A DNA stretch of 64,000 nucleotides from Ramazzottius varieornatus. Taxonomy: Eukaryota > Animalia > Tardigrada. A program made the translations under genes and the position numbers. The first letter of the stretch is position 1, and each line of letters begins with the position of its first letter. A model generated the notes under the pieces. It had not been told where the DNA came from and did not search any database. It saw only the letters and a program-made list of their open reading frames with translations. The stretch is from the NCBI GenBank assembly GCA_001949185.1, contig BDGG01000017.1:62001-126000 (forward strand). Reading direction: 5' to 3'. This document shows, in pieces, positions 27,201 to 37,043 of this stretch.

Positions 27201-27571
27201 TTGACTCCACATGACGTTCTACAAAAGACTTTTGGCAGGCGAGTAACGGACAAGGTGTCGATCGGCATCTGCTAGGTCTGAAGCTTACAGCCATCGAGAA
27301 TGGCCACAACATCCCAGAGTTGCTGATGGATGTGGGCTACACGACGTCGACCCACTGGAAGTTGTCGACCAGCCAGGGTAACTCTTCCATACCGGCTTTC
27401 ATGTGCTATGGGCCAGCAGTGCCTGACGGTTACGGCTGTTGCTACAACCCCATGGCTGACCGTATTATCGCCGGTGTCAGTGCCACATACTCGTATGCCG
27501 CTACTCATTCGGGCCGATTCGCCGAAACGGTGGCCGATAGTCTAGAAGACATGCGAAAAACTGTCATGTGA
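24210..27571 (+). CDS. CRAT: Carnitine O-acetyltransferase (multi-exon; Arg-rich, acid-poor N-terminus suggests mitochondrial targeting)
   Basis: Motifs LPHLPVPPLQQTL, WW...YL..R.PLPVN.SP, NRWFDK, catalytic YEH..EGPP, SPDSF.QMALQLA.YR, TYESASTR.F..GRTETIRS, LSTSQ, MCYGP...DGYG.CY. GRTET (rather than GRVDN) favours a carnitine over a choline acetyltransferase. Confidence 0.9.
25517..25723. repeat. Three tandem AAGTGGCGCA-N27-TGCGCCACTT units in CRAT intron 25457-25814
   Basis: Arms at 25517-26/25554-63, 25594-603/25631-40 and 25677-86/25714-23; each spacer counted as 27 nt. Confidence 0.9.
27044..27161. repeat. Two AAGTGGCGCA-N27-TGCGCCACTT units in CRAT intron 26974-27238
   Basis: Arms at 27044-53/27081-90 and 27115-24/27152-61 (degenerate); 27-nt spacers. 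Confidence 0.85.
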
Positions 27572-28233
27572 TATTCGAGAAGCGCAAATTTCACTATGAT
27601 TATTCTATCTCACCACTGTAAAGTACTTTTTTACCTTGAGTATGTCTGAGTATTTGCACACTTCAGATGTTCTCCCCCAGTCAAAACTGAACTCGAGAAC
27701 CTGCCATTGCTGAGTGGTGATTTCTTTTGTCAATAGAAGCCCAGAGCGAACTCGAGAAGGGATGGAACGAGAAGGGCATTTTGGGCCGCGGGAGGGTCAT
27801 GTCATACTGGCATGGGAAGGAAAATGTCTCGATCAGGTGTGGTGCCGTATGACCATCCTAATCCTAGCAGAGTGATTTATACTTGGTACCAAGAATGAGC
27901 ATAATAGTCACGCGTTGTACAAATGGTCGACGTCAAAGGGGATCTTGGTTTTTGGGCATTGCCGAAGGTTAGGTACCATGCAGCACTTCAGCACCACTTG
28001 GATTGACTGTCGACTGCATCTCCCTCGCGATTTCTAATTAACACTTACAGCACTAAGCTTTTCGTGTTTGCAAAATACGATCGTTCTCTTTGTGAGTACA
28101 CGAATTTGATTGGCTGAAAGCAGGGGTGGGACTTGAAACATCCAGTAGCACACATCCCGTATCAAGTGGCGCGTGTTACCATTGCTTCAACATGTGAAAA
28201 GCTCTCAACTTAGCGAAACACATCTTTCAAAGT

Positions 28234-30137
28234 TTATTTCAGTAAATTCTGCGTCTTCGCGCATACGACACAGACCACCGTTTGAACAGAACTTCTATGG
28301 TCAGCACAAACAACAACCTTACAGAAGCCACAGTTGATCCTGCTTCTTTTTTGAGTGGTATGGTGGCAGAATCTGCAGCGTTGTTGTGCCTTGGTTCCGC
28401 TTGCAACGGAAGAATTGCTTTCTGCCTTACCGTCTGACAGAATATTCAGGGAAATCTTTATCAGCAACTTTACATCTGATGGAATACTGGCGGAGGTGAA
28501 GCGGCGGCGTAAGTGGCTTTCCATGAGGTTCCTGCTAAGTTCGTGTAGGTACTTCCGACGTCGGATGAGAGATTTAGCATGCCAGTCCGGGTTCAGCTCA
28601 ATCCATACAACGTACGAGTTCAACGCGGAGATGTCGACGATATCGTATAATAGCGCCATTGGCCATCTACAGGTTTTCCGACGAACACTGTAGTTCCCAG
28701 TCAGCTGATCCAGAGTGTCCACTCCGGCTTTCGTACGATTGTAGTGCGTAACGATCTCAGGTTTCTCTTCTGGGCTTTCCTCATCAACTTCTCTAAAAAT
28801 AAATCGTGACGTCACCAAAGAGAAACGGCTGTGCAGCGGTCATACTGATTCACAATGCATTCGTCGTGAAGTCATGAGCAACAGCTGCACCAAGTGTAGT
28901 TTGGTCCTGTTGCGCACTACGTCACAGGTCTAACATGGGCACTCGTCTTTACGGCTTGCAAATACGTCATCCGTCACTTACTGGGAAAAATGCATGGAGC
29001 TCAACAGCACTACAGCTTTCCCCTTCGGAACGTAAGACACCAGAGTGAAATCGGGCTTGTGGCCGAAGTAGGAGGAAAATGCAGCGCGGCTCTTGCTTGG
29101 CAGGAAGGCGGAAGGAATTTCTTTACGGTTCTTACGCATTGTTCCGACGAGAGAAATTTTTTTCTTGAGAAGAGCTTCTCCCAACGTCAAGGAAGTGAAG
29201 AAATTGTCTGTGGTCACGTTTCTTCCCGACTGGTTTCCCAGATATTCCACCAGATCAAGAACCACTCGCTGTCCTTGATTCTTCTCAGCCGCTCCACCAG
29301 GAGCCTTTCCGGTGTAAAGCTGGATGTTGCAGCAGTAGGAAGTCCTACAGCAACAAAGGAGAAAAAGTTTCAGGCCGTACTTGCTTCTTGGTTTTGTCGG
29401 AATATATTGCTTGAAGCCGCACCGTCCTTTGAAAAGAAAGAGTTGTTCGTCCACGCACAGAAATTCGTAGGGAAGGTAGTTCTCGCGAAGCGCTTTACTC
29501 CACAAGCCAAACAACTCCTGGACGTGGGCCATCTTGTTAGTCGCTACCCGGGCTCCTCGAGAAGGTTTGTCGTCAAACCGCAGGCTGCAAGTAATCTGAG
29601 TGAAGCGCTCCCGAGACATACAGGTGCGATAAACTCCTTTTCCTTCGCTTTCACTCCACAGTTTACACACTGGTATAGTACCGTCATTCATTATTCCCTG
29701 TAGAAGTAGAATTCCCAAGTAAGCATCTAGCACCACAGGATCCAGTTTGACCCAGCCATCACCGTACTGCGTTTTCCCCTCTTCATTTGTGAACCGGATG
29801 ATCAGATCTTTCACTTGTGGCGTGAAGAAAAGGTTGAACGTGTCCATGAGCGACACGACTCGCGATCTCGCGCTGGGAGTAACGCCAGGCTGACCGGTCA
29901 TCTTATTGACAGTTCGAGTTTTACCACTGTCTAGAGGAATGCGTTCCCACTTTATGTCGGGATTTCGGGCAAAGAACGGGCTCACGTCGTTCAGTTGGTA
30001 CAAGACGCCATCGTCGTCGTCACTCAGCGTATCAGGCTGCTCAGCTTCCACTTCTACCCCGTCAGGTTCGGCAATGGTTTCCGCGCTGTCTTCCTCTCCA
30101 TCGCTTTCGCTTCCACTCGTCCATCCAGGTCCATTCC
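28234..30137 (-). CDS. piggyBac transposase split by a 189-nt intron (28793-28981); true start upstream and unresolved
   Basis: DDD triad CVDEQ, TTDNFFTS, GVDTLDQ; YIP.KP..YGLK; C-terminal Cys-rich domain. GTAAGT...ATTTTTAG splicing joins SSMHFSQ|EVDEES in frame. The acidic N-terminal frame stays open past 30137. Confidence 0.9.
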
Positions 30138-30369
30138 CTAGAACACTTTTCCGACACGAACTACAAATAATGCGGTGGAGTATTCAAATGAATAGCTGCG
30201 GCGCAGCTTATTCGCGATACAGTGAAGCTCGTATTCACGTACGTTCGCACATTCGATTGTTTATTGGACTGCACTGTGTACTATACTCGTAAGCAACACC
30301 CTGGTTACAAACCAATCAAGATCGAAACGGGTTAGAAATCTGTACGCACAGAAGCAATGTTTGGACCAA

Positions 30370-30882
30370 TCAACAATCAATTGAAGGAGAGAAAACAGCT
30401 AGTGACCGGAAGTGCGCCATTCCATCGAGCCGACTGCACGTAGCGAGAACGAGGTGCTTCCCCTTGCCGAATCCTCCGCTGTTCTGTCCTCCGAACTTCT
30501 TTCTAATATATTCCAGCAGAGCGCTGGGATAAACCAGGACAACATTGGGCTGGAACGGGATAACTTGTTCAACATGCTGAAAACAAACAAAACACTTCAG
30601 AACAGTTGGAGTCTTTCGTGGTGGCGCAGTGTAGTAGACAAAGGCTTACGAGTATCTGCTTAGCCATCGCCTGGTAGACGGTGAATCGAGCTTTCCCCTC
30701 CGTCATTCCATGAGCACCTTCATCGATGAAGGGAACGAGCGAGGGAGGCAAGTTGAGTCTGGAATTACACAAAAAATTAAGAATGGCGTAACATCTGCAT
30801 CCTGATATGACTTCCGGTCCGTCAGCGCATTCGCTCACCCTTCTTTCTGAAAAGCAGCTTTCAGTTCCCTCACGGCTTTCAT
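30370..30882 (-). CDS. Second spliced gene inside the piggyBac (exons 30882-30839, 30758-30650, 30576-30370; at least 119 aa) with a P2X7-ballast/KolX-like motif
   Basis: 80-nt (GTGAGC..TTCCAG) and 73-nt (GTAAGC..TTTTCAG) introns join MKAVRELKAAFQKEG-LNLPP...KARFTVYQAMAKQIL-HVEQVIPFQPNVVLVYPSALLEYIRKKFGGQNSGGFGK in frame; AATAAA follows near 30260. Confidence 0.65.
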
Positions 30883-31656
30883 CCTGTACGCCACAGTATG
30901 AGGAGCGCTAATCCCGTCGAAACAGATAATCAAGATGACAGTGGTGAATCGAAGAGAAAGAAGTGTAGAACTGCACATGAGCCGGATAATCAAATGAAAT
31001 TTCAAATTTGGCAAATGTAACCAGGGTGCTACCACCGGTGGTGGTGACGCTGGTGTTAGCGGTTACGCGGCGTCGGTACCGCTCGGTGGCTTTTCAGACC
31101 TGGATTTTTCTCCTGACCACACGACTGACCACAATATGTGTCTAATGTTTCATCATGATAAAGTGGGGCCTTGACCATCTCGTTATTTTTTTCTAGAGAA
31201 TAGGTTGCACGCGATTCGTGCAAACATACTCACAACGAACTACCACCAAATTTGGTGAGGTGAGAACCAAACCCGCCCTGTTTTTCCGTGGGGCGCCTAA
31301 CCGATGGTCACCTGCAGCATTTTGGTGACCGCATCGCGTCGCAAGCAAACAAAAAACTCCCAGACCAAAAGACCAAAAGCGGACAGTAGGAGAGAGAGAA
31401 TACTGGGTCATTGTACTCACAAAGAGTACGGTCGTGCTACAAGTGTTAAGCGATGATGCGTACCGAATCTCCGGACGTGTTCGAGGGAACATCGAGCAGA
31501 GCGTCAGAAAGGTCGAACTTATCCCAAGTATTTTGACTATCGAAACTGAACGATGTCGGTCGATTTCGATGTCGATGTCGTAAGCAGTCGTTTTTGCCAA
31601 CGCAGCGCGAAATCAGACGAACAATACCGCATCCCTCTTTCGACCGAGCCTAACCG

Positions 31657-31970
31657 TTGACCGCTATACAATGCTTAATCTTGCCCTTCTTATTTCTCAG
31701 ATTGGTTGTAACATTGGATACTTTGGTTCGTTATGCGGGTACACGGACGGCCTTTAATTGCCACGTCATCTCCGTTCTTCTGGCGGAGGTCACCGGTCTG
31801 GTTGTGTACAGCCTTATCATCGTTATCATTCACTATGGTCCTTTTCCATTTGGTCATTCTTATTGCTTGCCGTACTTGACCACTGCAGATTTTTGCTCCA
31901 CTATCGTGGCTTGCACTGAGCTCCTCATTAGCGTGGACCGATTATGGGCCGCACTTTGTCCTCCTAAGTA
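31657..31970 (+). pseudogene. Class A GPCR fragment (TM1-TM3); downstream part appears disrupted
   Basis: Hydrophobic helices, Cys at the top of TM3 (SYCL) and a DRY-like ISVDRLWA.L.P motif. I could not build an intact TM4-7. Confidence 0.55.
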
Positions 31971-32847
31971 TGGTTGGAATCCGCTGTCTTCGCTAGTTTT
32001 CATCGTCAACGTACGCCGCAGTTCTTACTATTTCTTCCCTGTAACAACTTTACGTTTACTAATCACTTTACCGCCAACGGAAAGCTTAATCGCAGCTATG
32101 CCACGATGATTGCGATATACAAGAATGCTCCATAATTATGGCTTGTTGGTGCTCGTCTACAGGGCCGGCGCGGCCTGTATTGAATGTATCAAAGTAATAT
32201 CATGACGTCACTGGCTTAGGCATATTTACAGTGCGAAAGCGACTGTGGCGCATGATGTCATGTGCCAAGCTTGATACATTCAACACAACGGCCCTGCTCG
32301 TCCATGTACTCCTCTGGTATACACGAAGGACCCAGCTGTCAAAAAAGGATCGCAAGTGAGGTGCTGCCACCTTCTGATGTATAAACCGTTCAAAGCGGTA
32401 GGTCGTTCTTCAAAATAGACCTTCGGTACAGCACTCAGCGAGCAGTAGTGCCGTTGTTCCGCTGAGTTCTCAACCAAGAAGTCAATGGGACCGACAAGGA
32501 CGTGCGGGACTTGGCAGAAGGGGCTTTTTGGTGGTCTGAGGGATCGTCGTCTGTTCACTGGTGTTTTGCCTACCCAACCTACTGCAATCATTGTTCTTTT
32601 CGACTTACTTGGGGTATGCGGTTTCAGGCGGTCGAAGTTTCGTCAGTGCTGGGGCCCCTGGGCAACTCAGTGTAGCAACCATAATTATGGATTCTGGTTT
32701 TGATAAATACTTTAATGTCTAACACAGCAGATCGTAGTAGATCGTGACTTCAAACACTGAGAAGATTAATTTGTATTTTTGTTCCGACTGACTGAATGTG
32801 GCAAAATTTTGCGTTGAGATTTCAAGGACAAAAACTACTGTAATTCT

Positions 32848-34034
32848 TTAGATGGCGACCTGTTCGCCGTGCGGCATCTTGCTGGTACGCGCTTGCTCGG
32901 CTGCGTTCATTGAGTTCATGACGGTGTTCATCACTACGGTCAAGGCTTTGTCCCAGGCTTGCTCAACGGCCGGAGTCCATGAATCCTTCAAGAACATTCC
33001 GAGCAACATCATCAGCGTCGTTTGCAAATCCTGTGTAAGATAAAAGTAACCAGATTTGTCGTGGTTCAGGTTTTCTGTCATGCTACTTCCTTTCGCGACA
33101 GCTTACCGCGAAGGCGGAAGTTGACAGTCCGCGACGATCATGATCACGACCTGTCTTGTCCAGTACGGCAACGGCTGTCTCTGACAAGTACACACCTCCT
33201 ACTTGAGTGGGAAATTTCCATGGCACAGAACCACATCAAGACTTACCCGTATCGTCCAGGCTATCTGTAACAAAAACCACCTTCATGTAACAGTGCACGA
33301 CAAAACAAGCTTTAAAAAATAGGCGGTATGGTTTGGAAGCAAGCAACGAATCAAAACCGCAGTCGGGCAAATGCTCAAACTAGATAGGCTGTAGCCATCT
33401 GGTTTCCGTTGACACCCATTTTGAAAGCTTAGTTTTTTCGTGCACTATGTATGTCAGATTTTCAGTAGAAGATGTCTCAAATTTGAATGGTATTCTCGAC
33501 TTAGAGATGGCTTTTTATCAGGTTGGAAAACTGGCAACCAGTTTGGTGCGCTCACCGATGATAACGTCCATAGCACTGAAAATAAAGATATTGGCACGTC
33601 ACAGTAGCTTGTCCATTGGTTTCCAATGAATTTTTAGATACTCTTACTTGACGACTGTAGTTGCATGAGCCTTCAAACGCGGATGCGCCTTCAGCTTCTC
33701 GGATGGAACTTCTCGGAAGGCTTTGAAGTGCTGCACATATTGCGGATATTTTGTAAAATACCTGAAAATCAGCACCAAAAAAGAATGATTTCAAGCCTTC
33801 TTTCTGAGGAAACGTACTGTATCACAAAATCATCCAATATTGGTTTCCAGCTTACTGATGGAACAGCTCAATGCCAACGTTGCTACGGCCGAGCTGCATA
33901 AGTTCCTTCCAGGTCCTCTGCACCAGCATCCTTTCCTTCACGGCCAAGCCGGTTGTGGGATCAACTTGTTGCATGGCCGGGTTCTCGGCCTTCTCCAAGA
34001 CATCGACATCTGCTTTCAGTCGACCGTAGTCCAT
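32848..34034 (-). CDS. Globin, 195 aa, 6 coding exons (34034-33856, 33761-33648, 33575-33556, 33264-33247, 33180-33107, 33030-32848)
   Basis: A-helix TW, B-helix LF, C2 Pro and CD1 Phe (YPQYVQHF), distal LKAH, proximal GRDH, H-helix AW.KAL. All five introns are GT-AG and frame-consistent. Confidence 0.92.
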
Positions 34035-34148
34035 GTTTTCCCTGGTGCAAATAAGACTTTCTGGTAAGCTAAAAGATGCAATGAACGAACTGAAAGCTAC
34101 GCGTAAGCTACGCGTATCAGTGGCCACTCACAGTACTCAATATCGGTA

Positions 34149-34589
34149 CACGCACAACGAGAATATTATGGGCCAGTAGAAATTACGGGCCAGGCGGAAA
34201 AGACGGCGAATTTACAATTTTTATGGAAGTCAGAAACAGAAATCGCACAAATGACGTTGCGCAGTAAAATGCAACCGTAGAAAATTGTCATGGACAGTGG
34301 CCATCAGCTGGCCAGCTGCTTTACTCTAACGCTTTTCTGCTGCTGTCGACTTTTTCTCCCGGAGGCCGGAGAAGCCTTGAAATAGTTTGAACTGTTGAAG
34401 GTATAATGAAGATCTGACTGCTATAACATTAATATGACAAGCTTTAGCACCCCAATATCCAGCACGCACGTACAGCAGTGCAGCCTTCGATGTGGTTTTT
34501 ACTTGAAGCAAGAATCACCCGCCCGTGCCGCCGTAGCGAAAGGGCCTGGTCCGTAATTTTTACTGGCCCGTAATATCTCGTCGTGCGTG
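34149..34589. mobile_element. MITE family A (TA-flanked, CAC...GTG ends, ~48-bp TIRs)
   Basis: CACGCACAACGAGAATATTATGGGCCAGTAGAAATTACGGGCCAGGC is inverted against GCCTGGTCCGTAATTTTTACTGGCCCGTAATATCTCGTCGTGCGTG. Confidence 0.8.
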
Positions 34590-35359
34590 TAGTGGAAAAG
34601 TCGTGAGCGTAAGTGATAGACTTTCTTGATATGGAGAGTGGGTTGATAAGAAAGCTCAACAAGTTGATGGGCATGTCTGATAAGGCATTACATGCCACAC
34701 GGACGCATAACGTTTATAGCGGGCTGGCTGCCTTTCATTAGCACCTGTCAGCGTCGCGCACTACAGGGGATTATCAGCGCGTATCAAAAGGCTCAAACTT
34801 AATTTACCACAGACAGAGATTTGGCTTCAGGAAGGCGCGCCTTCCTTTGGTGCTTCTGACTTTGCAGTGAGAAGATAGAAGTCAACAAGTACAAGTAAAG
34901 CTACTAGCTTGAGTGCGCGGAATTCCCCATGGATGCTGAATGTTCTCCCTCCAAGGCCATTCGTATTGCAACAAGTAGCGGATCAATTAGTCACGCTCAT
35001 TTAAGAAAGCAGCAAGCCACTCCGTCAAGTCTTTTGCAAGATAATCTGTCACGAGATTTTGACAGCTAGCAGCGATCTGTCAGTGTGCATTGACGTTAAA
35101 ACGTTGCCAATTTTCGAACAATCCATTCGCGCATGATGTCGCATACTGTTAACCCGTTAAAACTGTAAGGGCTCGTGACTCTTGTGTTCCGTAGATAGAA
35201 AACCGCATACGTTAGTCTTGCGATTAATTCAAGGTTGTGAGACCAAAGATGACGTTGAAAAGAATAAATTTTTGGATTCAATAAAAATTGCAGTTGTAAA
35301 GAGAAGAATCTGCTCCCAACTTTTCTATGGAAAATGTCGTTGGTACGGTGTGCGTAGTA

Positions 35360-36097
35360 CAGGGCGCTCGCACCAACTTGCTACCACCTGTTATTTCCAC
35401 GAGGAAAAAGCCAGATTGCTTCTTAACTGCTTGTTCTTCCACACTATCCACACAACTTTTCAAGCTGTTTCGGCTGAACCATAAGCCGTTTCGATACATC
35501 GAACAGCAGCTTGAAAAATTTGACTAGTGTGACTAACGACGAGGAGACCCATCGTAACGACTAAAATGTTGTTTACAGGACCCCATGCTGGAGTTTCGAT
35601 CCGACATTTGCTATCAGCAAGCTAGAAATTGTCTGAGTTGGACGTGAAGATTGAAAAGAACCACGAGAACATCGAAATAATGCAGCGAATGAATTCTAAA
35701 CAGCAAATTCGGCCACTTTGCTGAGAAACCTTGCTCTACGAAAACAATTCCAGCTTTTAACATGATCGGCAGATCCATGGTTTCAGCCACAAGCGAGTAA
35801 CCCAGTTCGTGATCTGATTTTTTCCGATTACTTTTCCGAACGACGTCAGCGGGAAACTTAGAAGAAAATTTCCGGAAACGACCCCGAAAACTGCGAAAAT
35901 TGATGGACTTTTGGCTTCTCTCCTCCCCCAGCTTAATGTCGGTTACGACTCTTCCTGGAAAGATTTCGAGTCGGTAGCCTTTTAACGCGTTGTACACAGG
36001 ATGTCAGACCAGAGAAAATTAGTTTGAAAGTTGATTAATGATTCAGTGGAGAAAGGCATGATTTTATGAGTGGTAGCAAGTTGGTGCGAGCGCCCTG
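35360..36097. mobile_element. Tc1/mariner-type non-autonomous element, perfect 28-bp TIR, TA TSD
   Basis: TA|CAGGGCGCTCGCACCAACTTGCTACCAC ... GTGGTAGCAAGTTGGTGCGAGCGCCCTG|TA. Confidence 0.88.
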
Positions 36098-36407
36098 TAT
36101 TTCTCAGTTAGAAACTTCTTCTTAAAGCAGGCCACACAGATAGCCCAACGTCGAACACTTTCTGGGTTCTTTCACGAGGGTATACGTAGCATTAGAAGCT
36201 AAACACGACAAAAGGCCGGTATTGTGCATATTTGGTGCAACCGTTGAAGTTTGAAGTGCCGGCACAGCTAGAGGGTACTTGGAGGTAGTCGAGAACAATG
36301 GCGCTTTAGAGTGGAGTTGAACGAAAGTCAACGCCACAATCCTGTGTCTGGCAGAGCCTTGACGATACTACACTGGCGCCATCTAACTGAGCCAGAACTC
36401 CGAAGTA

Positions 36408-36747
36408 CGAGTTAAACGACATAATTCTGGCATACCGATTTTGGCACCATAATTCGGGCAACGCGAGAAGTTTGAACATTATCGTCAACGCTTGATTCCT
36501 CTCTCGTCGTACGCCTGTTGATACAACATTAGGCTTTTTGACATTGGACAGACCCATCTCTCTCCCAGGCCAAATTTTCGTGCTCCACAACGCTTTGTCG
36601 TTCTCAAACCTATTGAAACTTCGCGGAGAGGGACCGGTCTACCTCCGGAAACAAGAAGCAGTTCATTACACGCAGCAAGAGCTGAGAAAAAATATGTCCG
36701 AATTACGAGTGAAAAACCACTATGCCCGAATTATGTCGGTTACCTCG
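36408..36747. mobile_element. mariner-like MITE (TA|CGAG ends)
   Basis: cgagttaaacgacataattctggcata is inverted against tatgcccgaattatgtcggttacctcg; TA flanks. Confidence 0.72.
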
Positions 36748-36780
36748 TACTAGTAACCAGGAGACGTGGTTATTTCACTG

Positions 36781-36961
36781 TACACGTACGACAGAAGATC
36801 ATGGAACAGTAAAATTACGGGGCAGGCCTTTCCGCTACGGCGGTACGGAAGCACGCATGTACAGGACTAATACACAGTAATAAACTTTTCGACACTTTCT
36901 ACGGTCGAAATTCCATTTTGCCCTCCTTTCCGCCCGTCTCATAATTTCTCGTTCTACGTGT
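36781..36961. mobile_element. MITE family A, short derivative
   Basis: Shares the caggcctt.cgctac.gcggtacggaagcacg and acttttcgacac...ttccattttgcc blocks with the copies at 44362 and 46552. Confidence 0.65.
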
Positions 36962-37043
36962 GCATTATAATGGCACCACTGCTTGAGAGACGAACTTTAT
37001 GTTACGATGTGTACAATTCGAAGGAAATTCAGAGGTCACTAAG

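Larger units (their letters stand above)
28042..31445 (-). mobile_element. Full-length piggyBac-superfamily DNA transposon (3404 bp)
   Basis: TTAA at 28038-41 and 31446-49. TIRs CACTTACAGCAC / GTGCTACAAGTG (10 of 12). 23-bp subterminal inverted repeats at 28078-28100 and 31412-31434 with asymmetric spacers. Internal transposase. Confidence 0.93.

Noticed and set aside
28164-28211. Eleventh N27 palindrome inside the piggyBac 3' region
   Set aside because: Only the left arm (AAGTGGCGCG) is good; there is no convincing partner arm 27 nt away.
28355-29703. Plus-strand ORFs of 112 and 237 aa
   Set aside because: Antisense shadows of the transposase with no recognisable motifs.
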